DNA from: Macrostomum lignano
Taxonomy: Eukaryota
DNA: 51,098 nucleotides
Assembly: GCA_002269645.1 (NCBI GenBank)
Contig: NIVC01004095.1
Location: 1 to 51,098, forward strand
Reading direction: 5' to 3'
A program made the translations under genes and the position numbers. The notes beneath the pieces were generated by a model that saw nothing but the letters and a program-made list of their open reading frames with translations, searched no databases and was not told the origin of the DNA. The stretch's first letter is position 1. Every line of letters begins with the position of its first letter. This document shows, in pieces, positions 1-9,758 of this stretch.

Positions 1-57
1 CGAGCCTGGGTCGCTGGCACACCAGAGCAGCTGCGCTACCGCTGGGCTACGGCCCCT
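1..57 (-). mobile_element. tRNA-derived SINE head (element continues off the left edge)
   Basis: The reverse complement reads GGGGCCGTAGCCCAGCGGTAGCGCAGCTGCTCTGGTGTGCCAGCGACCCAGGCTCG: a box A-like start running into the beginning of box B. It shares GCTCTGxTGTGCCAGCGxCCCAGGCTCG with the copy at 5714. Confidence 0.65.
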
Positions 58-138
58 ACACTTGATCGATAGAAATGCGTCTAAAAATACATTATATGTG
101 CTTCGCGGAATTCTTCACCCAGCCACCCAACGAGAGTC

Positions 139-330
139 AATCTCGGCTTGGCTCTGCTCGTAAAATTAACGGCCTTGAAGGCCAACCCCAAGGCACAGTG
201 AAGTGTACATGCCTAACGGTAAATAAAGTGGGGTCCCTGTACACTCCTGTGTGAGTGTGTGCCTGTGCGTATGACTGCGTACGTAGCCGCAAGCCGGTTG
301 TGTGACAAGGTCGCACAGCCCCCTGCCTTT
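139..330 (+). mobile_element. 5'-truncated SINE body
   Basis: AATCTCGGCTTGGCTCTGCTCGT...CCCAAGGCACAGTGAAGTGTACATG...GTGTGAGTGTGTGCCTGTGCGTATGACTGCGTACGTA is nearly identical to about 5802-5950. Confidence 0.7.
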
Positions 331-630
331 AATAATAAAAAACAAGTGTCAACCGGATGAGAAAGTCGGGCAGATGTACATTTTTGGTAGGGTGGCATGT
401 TTAAGGGGCCAGCTAAACAGGTAAATCTTAATGACGGTTCATTTTCGCGGGCTTCAGGGAGAAAAAATCGTTGAGACCTCTATAGAATTTGTGCATGATT
501 GATCTGCTCTGCTCTGAATACACATGTCCTAATAATACTACTGACAAGTACGCGAGTAGTAAAGTGTACTGAAAATGAAAATATTTTTTAATTTGAAAAC
601 CGAAAACATATAAGTAATAAGCGAACCCAC

Positions 631-2590
631 CTGTCGCAGGTTGTCCGAAATCTGCACTTCGTCGATCCATTCGTCGAAACATCGCTTGATTTGGCCGTCG
701 TCGCGAATGACTTCATCGGCGAGTCGGCCAAACAGGTCCATGGTGGTGTGCGTGCAGGGCACCGGCTCCAGGGACACGCTCGACGCTTTTTCGCCTTCCA
801 AGGTTTTTTTTGGTTTTTTGAAAGCTCTGTGACTGTCTAGAATCTCAAAGATCCTCAGATTAGAATCTCAAAGATCCTCAGATTAGAATCTCAAAGATCC
901 CAGATTAGAATCTCAAAGATCCCAGATTAGAATCTCAAAGATCCTCAGATTAGAATCTCAAAGATCCCAGATTAGAATCTCAAAGATCCTCAGATTAGAA
1001 TCTCAAAGATCCTCAGATTAGAATTCAAAGATTCCAGATTAGAATCTCAAAGATCCTCAGATTAGAATCTCAAAGATTCCAGATTAGAATCTCAAAGATT
1101 CCAGATTAGAATCTCAAAGATTCCAGATTAGAATCTCAAAGATTCCAGATTAGAATGTGAAAGATTCCAGATTAGAATCTCAAAGATCCCACATTAGAAT
1201 CTCAATTTGAAGATCCTATATTACAATCTCAAAGATCCCAGATTAGAGTCTCATTTAGGATCCTATATTAGAATCTTAAAGATCCTAGACTAGAGCAAAG
1301 ATCACAGCTAGAATCTTAAAAATAATAAATAAGAATCTCAAATACATTATAAAAGGCTTCTAAATATACACCTGTATACTAAATTATAAATGTTAAAATC
1401 CTTTAAAAAATTCTAGAAATTTTTTTTGAAAATGCTAAAAATCCAAAAAGTCGATACTTTTTTACTTTACAAATCTTTGGTGTAAAGAAATAGTTTAAAA
1501 TTAAATACCTGGCTTGATAGAAAAATTAAAACAGATAGACAAAAATATGGCTGACTCACATTGTGCAACAGGCTCTCCAGTATTGTCTGACACTGTCTGC
1601 AGGTTAGACACAATAACATTGTCTTTAAAAAAGTCCTCAATAAACTCCTGGGCTGAATGGACCTTGAACTGGCAGTCAAAGGAGAAGCACTGGCAGAATA
1701 TTCGGCCTTTCATGGACCTGAAGTTTTTTAAATGTGCAATTGGAATTAAACATTAAAAATTTAGAAGAACTCTATTTCTTTATTACTATAAGAGAATTAA
1801 TAGTAATCATTATAGTTTATATGGCATTCTTAGATAGACTTTACTAAGGATTTACAAATGCAATCAGAAATATTTGAATAAATTTTAAATGCCTTCTTGG
1901 GCTTATTATAGACATATAGTTATAGGCCTAGAAATCAATAAATAGGCCTAATATTTTTATTTTATATACAAAGGTCAGTGAATCCTAAATAAGATAAAAG
2001 GAACTAATATGCTATTAATATACTGTAGTAGTAAAAAAACTTTGATACAGTTCATACTTTATGTATCAAGTTATTTCGATATCAAAAAATAAGAAAACAT
2101 AATATAAATATTTTGGCTTAATTGTTTAACTGCATGGACTTGATGACATAAACCAATCCAAATCTACCAAATTATACACTTAAGTTTAGACTAAAAAGTG
2201 AATTTTGGCTTACTGAAATTTAAAAAGAAGCCTATATGCTTAGCAGGGGCGTAGCCAAGGGGGGGGGGCACACTGGGGACATGTCCCCTGAAGGGTGAAA
2301 ACTTTTTTACTGCCTTTAGGCCTATATTTTGCTTGCATCGGTTCATTGGAGATAAATTTATGTCTCTGTCCCCCTCCTGACACGAATCGTGGCTACGCAC
2401 CGGATGCTTAGAACATTAAACACAGTTATAATATAATCTCGTATGATCTCGATCTCCGTCAGAAGAACTTACCATTTCATAAGATAATCCTTGAATTCTT
2501 TATTTTGCGTCAGACATGTGCTTTTCCTGCCAAGTATTGAAAATTGCGCTGTTGTGAATCATTGGAGCTATTGATTTTTACATCCTGCAT
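631..2590 (-). CDS. CFAP300: Cilia- and flagella-associated protein 300 (C11orf70), exons 1-3; gene continues off-window to the left
   Basis: Exons 2590-2473, 1717-1560 and 794-631 have GT-AG boundaries and compatible phases (2, 1, 0). The spliced text KEFKDYLMKWSMKGRIFCQCFSFD...FFKDNVIVSNL...EPVPCTHTTMDLFGRLADEVIRDDGQIKRCFDEWIDEVQISDNLRQ matches the CFAP300 pattern (WSMLGRI..AFGFD..FFKDPNVIPNL..VPCT..FF.RLYDEDIVR..G.I.KC...ISDELR). Exon 1 is 118 nt, one base short of frame. Confidence 0.8.
837..1320. repeat. 22-23 bp minisatellite (GATTAGAATCTCAAAGATCC[T]CA) in CFAP300 intron 2
   Basis: About 20 tandem copies visible, degenerating toward 1320. Confidence 0.95.
2244..2403. mobile_element. 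hAT-type MITE (160 bp)
   Basis: TIRs CAGGGGCGTAGCCA / TGGCTACGCACCGG. Perfect 8-bp TSD ATGCTTAG at 2236-2243 and 2404-2411. Confidence 0.85.
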
Positions 2591-3484
2591 TTTTAAAATG
2601 AAATTATAGACAGTTATCAAATAACTTTATATAAGCAAACTTTTAAATCTGTAGATTGGGCTTAAAACGTATTAAATATCCAGTTACTTTGGTTATGTTG
2701 AATTTGCACGTAGTGAATGAAAATATGCCAAGTTAAAAGCAAGCGTTCATTTAAACAACTATAGTGAGTAGAACAGCTCTACCTACGGGCTTTTAAGGAT
2801 CATTATATTCGGCACAGACAACTTTTTTGCTTTTGAGTTTGATTTATTTCATAGCCAATTATCTGGTGCATTATTTTTATGCTGCGTCTGCGTCAGTTTG
2901 ACATAGCCATATTATCCCAAGACCATAAACTCAAATTATCCCATTATCTCAGGGCGTGGGATAGCTAAATATCCCAGGACCGTTACCTTAAATTGGTTTT
3001 AGTGAGGAAAAATTTAACATTTTAGTAAATAATTAATACTAATTATTAATTCAACTTTTACTAGTTGCGCTCAAAAAGCAATACTTTTAAACGCCTGTTT
3101 GGCGATAACAGCTAGATTTCAGTCATAACGTAGTCCATACTGTATAGCCTCTTTAAAAGATAAATTTATGATGTGAAATTTTTCCTAAGCACTTTAAATG
3201 ATATACATGTACCTCAAGATAGAAGAGATGCAGTTGTTTCAGTCCAGCTCCCTAGCATAATTGTCTGTCAAAATTATAGCATCTCGTTTGGAGCAGTGGC
3301 GACGTTCTTCTTGCTAGCTGATTTGGAGCCTTTTCAACACCAGTTGCGATCTTTCCTGGCACGGGAGGCTTAGCACCATATGTTCCAATAAATTATATCT
3401 GTTTCCCAACAATAACAACTATATTACTCTGGTCTATTGCGCCTCGGATTTCAGGTGCCTCATTGGCGCCCTTTGGTACTGTCA

Positions 3485-3715
3485 GGCGCCCTTAATTTAT
3501 TTGGTGTTGTGGCATGGCGCCCTTTATTTGGTGCTGTGGCATGGCGCCCTTTATTTGGTGTTGTGGCATGGCGCCCTTTATTTGGTGCTGTGGCATGGCG
3601 CCCTTTATTTGGTGCTGTGGCATGGCGCCCTTTATTTGGTGTTGTGGCATGGCGCCCTTTATTTGGTGCTGTGGCATGGCGCCCTTTATTTGGTGCTGTG
3701 GCATGGCGCCTTTAA
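3485..3715. repeat. 27-bp minisatellite (TGGTGYTGTGGCATGGCGCCCTTTATT)
   Basis: About 8 near-identical tandem copies. Confidence 0.95.
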
Positions 3716-3734
3716 TAGGTGCTAGTGTTTTAAT

Positions 3735-3962
3735 TGGTGCTCCTTTGGTGCTGGTGCCCTTTGGTGCTGGCGCCCTTTGGTGCTGGCGCCCCTTTGGTGC
3801 TGGCGCCCCTTTGGTGCTGGCGCCCCTTTGGTGCTGGCGCCCCTTTGGTGCTGGCGCCCCTTTGGTGCTGGCGCCCCTTTGGTGCTGGCGCCCCTTTGGT
3901 GCTGGCGCCCCTTTGGTGCTGGCGCCCCTTTGGTGCTGGCGCCCCTTTGGTGCTGGTGCCCT
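3735..3962. repeat. 17-18 bp minisatellite (TTTGGTGCTGGCGCCC[C])
   Basis: About 13 copies. It shares the TGGTGCTG and GGCGCCC cores with the adjacent 27-bp array. Confidence 0.95.
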
Positions 3963-4691
3963 GCTCCACTGAAATTTTGCCATTTTTCGCGCATTCACCT
4001 ACCTGCGTTTGAATCTGGCTGTAGCCTTTGCCAAGTAAAACAAAACTTGCACGTGGCATATCTGTCGATCTGTATTTCAGCACAAATCTGCTAATACGTT
4101 ATATTTAGGCTATATAATTATTAGCAATTTCAGAGTGAAGTTTCGGGTATTTGTTTTATTGAATACCTCGTAATACCTAGGTGCTAATTAAGCTGAATAC
4201 TCGCCTTGCAGAACTTATTAGAAGACGTCTGTATCCAATGCGGTGACGCAAACTTTTGCCCTAAGACTGTACCTGCTAAATTTGTCTAGAAGCTGTGAGT
4301 GGGGCGCGTTTGCGCTTTTCAAACCTCGATAACGACTTGGAAATAATGCGTAACAGCTTCAGTCTTCTAGTTTCTTCTTCTGTATTTACCTTCCCCTTCC
4401 GTAGAGGTGAATTGAAAACTGTGAATATTGCAAACTGTGGCAAATATTTACTAATCTTGGAAACAATTGAAGCCAAATCTAAATTTTTATGATAAGGATA
4501 AAGATGTATGAATTGACTTTAAATTCGCATTATAATCTAATCTCAATTATTTATTTTATCAGTTAGGCTAAACAAGGAGCTGAGATCCAGGATGCTTGCA
4601 GCATGAGCTATTATATAGAAAATATCGATTCATATTTTATATCACTCTAAGTTTTGACGCCAAATGAGAATGAATTGAAACGTAGAATTGC

Positions 4692-4820
<129 letters not shown>

Positions 4821-5569
4821 TTAATAAGAGAAAAGAAGCAGACTGAAAAGAAGTACGTAAAAGTCGCTACAAATTTTAAGAATTTACACACAGATCACAA
4901 TTTCTGAAATTTGTTTATTCAATTTAGCAGTCGAATGCGATGCCATTTGTTAAATAACAGAAGGACAATAAACTACGGGATGTTAAAACAAACAAAAGTG
5001 TTAATCATGTAGGCATTGTGAACGCGAAATCGGTTAATCTATCACATACTACTACATGAAATTATTAAATAACAAAGGAAATGTATTAAAAATCCCTTTG
5101 CAGCCAATAACAACTTAAATGTAGTATGAATATAGTACAAAACTATAAACGCAATTGCTGAGAACAGCAAGTCATGGCGATATTGTTAAATAACAGATAA
5201 ATTTATTCTTTTCCGGGGGAAATTAAAACAAAAAAGGAAACAATTGACGGATACAATTGTTATAATTAACTGTATGGAATTAAAAGCTTAAATACGTGTG
5301 ACATAATTAAAACTTGGCAACCATTATGTCTCTCAGCCGTTAAGGACTCGATCACAGCAGGTCTTTGCAGCAATCGCACTGGCTAGAGATACTGAAGGTA
5401 TCCTGCAGTGTTTCCCAATGGATCTGGAAGGTGAAAGTTGATGAGAAAGAATGTGATCGTTTTTTGTCATCTTTTATTCGCAAAATAAGTCATGTCATTT
5501 AGATTCACCGATTAGCTAAGACACATACTCAACGAATCATTGATTTACTAAATCACTAAAAAGGTCACT

Positions 5570-5700
5570 CACTGATTCGCTGACTCACTGACTTACTGAC
5601 TTACTGACTCACTGACTCACTGACTCACTGACTCACTGACTCACTGACTCACTGACTCACTGATTCACTGATTCGCTGATTCATTGAATCATTGATTCAC
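5570..5700. repeat. (ACTGACTC)n 8-bp repeat
   Basis: Directly visible, immediately upstream of the SINE. Confidence 0.9.
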
Positions 5701-5713
5701 TAGTTACAAATTT

Positions 5714-5995
5714 GTAGCCTCTGTGGTCTGGCGAGGCGCTCTGATGTGCCAGCGGCCCAGGCTCGATTCCAAGTGCAGTCGCATAATTTGGGGCTTAAAT
5801 TGAATCTCGGCTTGGCTCTGCTCGTGCAATTAACGCCCAGCTTGAGGACCAACCCCCAAGGCACAGTGAAGTGTACATGTAACGATAAATAAAGTTAGGA
5901 CCGCTGTACACTCGTGTGTGAGTGTGTGCCTGTGCGTATGACTGCGTACGTATCCACGCGCTTGTGTGCCTGCTCAGGGGAGTCGGCGGATAGGC
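5714..5995 (+). mobile_element. Near full-length tRNA-derived SINE
   Basis: tRNA-like head with box B-like GGCTCGATTCC at about 5761-5771, followed by the body shared with 139-330 and 14160-14360. Confidence 0.7.
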
Positions 5996-6160
5996 AACTC
6001 GTTTTTGTAACAATGTCAGCATCATGATACAAGCCTCTTTCTCTATTGAAAAAAGGTCACTCCACGACGCTGTCACTGCCGCGGTTATCAATATAGCTCA
6101 CCGCTAATTGCTCTGCTGGCATTGACTCACTGGAACTTATCGGAGTGGAGCTCTTGCTAT

Positions 6161-6864
6161 TCAGCAGTCGGTAGTGTAGGCACTTGAGAAATGAATCTGA
6201 TGTTGCGGATCGTTCTGCTGCTGCTGCTGCTGCTGCTGCACTTCGTTAGGTGAACAGCTGACACTTGAGATATCAATCCCTTCGGTTGAAAACTGAAGCA
6301 GAGCAGAATCGTCAATATTGTCGACGGACAATGAAGCTGCTGCTGTTGCTGCTGCTGTTGCACCAGCAGCTGTCCCGTCGTCTTCGTCGCTTAAAAGCAG
6401 ATCGGAGAGGTCGCACATCCCAGATGAAGACTCGACAACTGGTCGAGCAGCCGTCATGTTTGATGGTTGAGCCCGCTGTTGAACTTGATCGAAGCTGAAC
6501 TCGCCAACCTCAGCAGCACTATCGATTCCAGAAGCTTAACAAGATAGGCTATGTAAGTAGAAGCAGTTTTGAGCACTTCAACTTTGCTCAACTTTCTAGC
6601 CTTCTTGCCGTTGTATCGTTTCGGCAGTCGGTCGCGCAGCGTTGCAAAAGTTCGGTTGATGAGCTTCACCCGGTTCCGTTCCCGTTCGTTGCGCTTCTGC
6701 ACGGTGCTGGTCTGCGGCTTCTGCACGGCGAACTTGCCGTTGATGAATTGCAGTTTTCTCCGACAGGGCTGGTTGGTGTACGCCACAGTGATCCTCTGCG
6801 ATGAACTGCCCGCTTCTCTGCTTGGACTGTCCGTCATAGTAGGCTGACCAAGCTGCTCAGACAT
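6161..6864 (-). CDS. ascl: Achaete-scute family bHLH transcription factor (single exon, apparent 1-bp frameshift near 6523)
   Basis: bHLH: KRNERERNRVKLINRTFATLRDRLP...KLSKVEVLKTASTYIAYLVKLL. The alternative frame is open from about 6523 (DSAAEVGEFSFDQVQQRAQPSNMTAARP...) into ORF 6457-6161, which has acidic and poly-Q tracts. Confidence 0.9.
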
Positions 6865-7794
6865 GACAGATCGAAAGTTCTATTTCTTTTGTTGAGGCTC
6901 TTTGACACTCCACGAAACTTACTTGTGATTGCGTGCTGGATACGACCTCACGCTCTCTTATTTAACTTCCAGAGCACTCTGCCCCGCTCGCGCGCTGATT
7001 GGCTAATAAGGAATATGGGGGGGGTTGAGTTTCTCAACTCTTCACCTCTGCGTCAAAATTTCCTTTCTCTCTACCACTGCCCTGTAGTATCTAAATTTAG
7101 ACATAGTTAATTAGCAATATAACCCGCGAACCCCTCCTCGCGACAGTGACCATAAAGAATTCACCTGAAGTGACAGCGTCGTGATCATTTTTTTAATTCG
7201 CGTTCTTTTAATATTTTTTTCTGTTTGATGTCCGCCGACGCCTGAAATTATCGGGTCACTCAGTTGCAGCGGTCGAAACTCCTTTGAAGTTTCGATATTC
7301 GATGTTCCATTGTAGTGCAATTGCAGTCATAATTTACGATCGCGATGATGCACTTTCCTTACCTGTGCTCATTTACACTTTGATCTGTTGCTCATCATTA
7401 TATAACTAGTGAATTATTTGCAAAATTATCAACTGAATTCAGTAATTCCTAACTCTTTGAGCAATGAGCTAATCCTACTCTCAGTAATCATCTCTATGAC
7501 CAATGAATCCATTGTGCAGTGAGCAACGAAAGTATTATATGACCAATAAAACACTTTCATACCAATCCCACATTTATTTTACAATTTTAACATCCATGCC
7601 ATGACAAATGGTTCCTATCCTTGACCTAACGATTTATTCCTAGGCTAAATTAAGTTAATCTTCTGTATGACTAACAAACCTACACTATATGAAATGTTAA
7701 TGAGCCCAATAAGCTTTGTTAATGTTCTCTATATGACCAGTGTAAACTATATGACGAATATATCGTGATTGTTAATCACTGAACTACTTCAGTT

Positions 7795-7850
7795 CAGGGA
7801 CGTCGCCACGAGGGGGACAGGGGGACATGTCCTCCCTGAGACTGGCAGCC
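7795..7850. mobile_element. Isolated left end of hAT-type MITE family
   Basis: CAGGGACGTCGCCACGAGGGGGACAGGGGGACATGTCC matches the left TIR and subterminal GGGACATGTCC motif of the 2244 and 34466 elements. No right TIR found. Confidence 0.55.
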
Positions 7851-8619
7851 GCCAAAATGAATCCCAAAAAGAGTGCTAACAGCGCCAATTCCCAAAATAA
7901 TGCAGAGATTTTGACGTGTAGAATTCTTGAACTTGAACTCCGACTTTTACAGTCCGTCAGTTTATAGGTTCGAAGCTAAAAGAGTCGACACCAGATTCTT
8001 AAAAAAAGAGACTTACAGTCGTAGATTCGCAAACGAATACAGTGAATACACAGCTATAGATATATTTCATTTTTGTTGCGCAATCCGAGTTTAATTTGCT
8101 GGCAAGACATTTAAAGCCTTCGTTTTCGCTTGCACGTTGCAATATAGATTTATAAAATTGCAACTGTCGGTTTTGTTATTCTATTCTAATTCAATAGCCA
8201 ATTAAAATAATTGTAACGATATGGACAACTAAACTTGAAGGTACGCTGAAATCTCGAATCCTACACGATTAAAAGCTTTGCAGCATGTTTATCAAGCTAA
8301 TGTACTTATATATTCTTGTAGGAAGGGTCTGGACAGTCCGCTGACACACACACAGACAAGCAGACAAGCAAAGAAAAAATGCCATATGTCATGCGAAATC
8401 TACGTGTACTCGTATGGTATGATAGATATAAAGAGGTTGTAAATTTCCTCTAAAACTACGAGTAGTAAAGAAATGTAGGAGACTTTAAAATCAGTATCCA
8501 AAAGGTGACAAAGGCAATAAATAAATATGTAGAAGCTGCTAACATTGCTACTGACAGTAATGGATAGAGTAGATCAGGGAAGAATATGTACCAGCACATC
8601 AGTGCGAAATCCTGATCTT

Positions 8620-9100
8620 CTTCACTCTCCACTCCTTTACCTTCTCCTATACCCTTCCCTGCACCCTCCCCTTCGCCCTCCCCTACACCATAGTCTTCAC
8701 CCTCTCTGTACCCTTCCCCTGCACCCTCCCCTGCACCCTCTCCTGCACTCTTGCTTCAACCTTCTCTGCACCCTCCCCTGCGCCCTCCCCTACACCCTAG
8801 CCTTCACCTTCTCTGCACCCTCCCCTACGCCCTCTCCTGCACCCTTTGCTTCAACCTCCTTTGCACCCTCCCTTGCCCCCTCTCCTGCACCCTTTGCTTC
8901 AACCTCCTTTGCACCCTCCCTTGCCCCTTCTCCTGCACCCTTTGCTTCAACCTTCTCTGCAGCCTCCCCTACTCCCTCTCCTGCATCCCCTCTTGCACCC
9001 TCTGCTTCAACCTCCTTTGCACCCTACCTTGCCCCTTCTCCTGCACCCTCTCCTACACCTTCTTCTGCACCCTCCCCTGAACCCGCCCCTTACGCTTCAA
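8620..9100. repeat. Pyrimidine-rich degenerate tandem repeat (CCTGCACCCT / TTGCTTCAACC units)
   Basis: Visible low-complexity array. It explains ORFs 8545, 8751 and 8846. Confidence 0.9.
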
Positions 9101-9758
9101 ACTCTATTCTGTCACGAGTAGTTGAAAAATAGTTTTTTCTTAACGAAAAATTCAGCGATAAAACACAACAATAAAAAACCCAGAATGCGCCTAAGCTAAG
9201 TAGTGTCAGAAGAAAATCAAGTTAATACGAGATGTTTAAAGTTACTTAGGCGAGCGAGACTGCAGGCTAGGTAAAGCTCCTATAGGCATAAAGCAAGATG
9301 GCATTAGTTAGTACTAGAAAGATAAATAAACTATTTCTGTGAGAGTACAGTACGCATGCGCCTGCGCGTACACTCACAGTGAGCCTGCGCATAACACGCA
9401 CGCAGACAGGCAGATAGCTAGATAGTTGATGCACCAGCTACTCTATAATCACAATGCACATTTCTCCTAGTTAGCAAGCAGGTAAGAGAGAAATATGCTT
9501 AACCCAGGTAAAAACCAACACGCAAATGCTGCAGCAAATTTTGCCAAGATATTATAATAGAACGACACTAAACTAGATTATCTGTCAGTGAATCAGCTGG
9601 CTAAAAACCATTAGCAAGCGCACATACCATATATATAATTATCTGAATCCCCGTTAGAGCTTTGCTTCAGAAGCGGCGGATGAAAATTGGAAACAAGTAC
9701 TCGCATACCCGGTTGACAACTGCAAAAAAACGACTTTTCTAAAAAAACAAAATTAAAA

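Noticed and set aside
1-57. Possible tRNA gene (also at 5714)
   Set aside because: No proper cloverleaf, and it is attached to a multi-copy non-tRNA body, so it is better explained as a SINE head.
428-630. Continuation of CFAP300 coding sequence in ORFs 428..682 and 538..801
   Set aside because: Similarity stops at the CAG|GTGGGT donor (631/630); the rest is intron read-through.
3437-4094. Collagen-like or Trp/Cys-rich ORFs
   Set aside because: Minisatellite translations.
6450-6530. Programmed ribosomal frameshift or stop-start (ATGA) reinitiation in ascl
   Set aside because: No slippery heptamer or obvious stimulatory structure, and similar single-base losses recur in other genes, favouring consensus error.
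8545-9132. Pro/Ser/Ala mucin-like ORF
   Set aside because: Low-complexity repeat with no ATG start or splice support.
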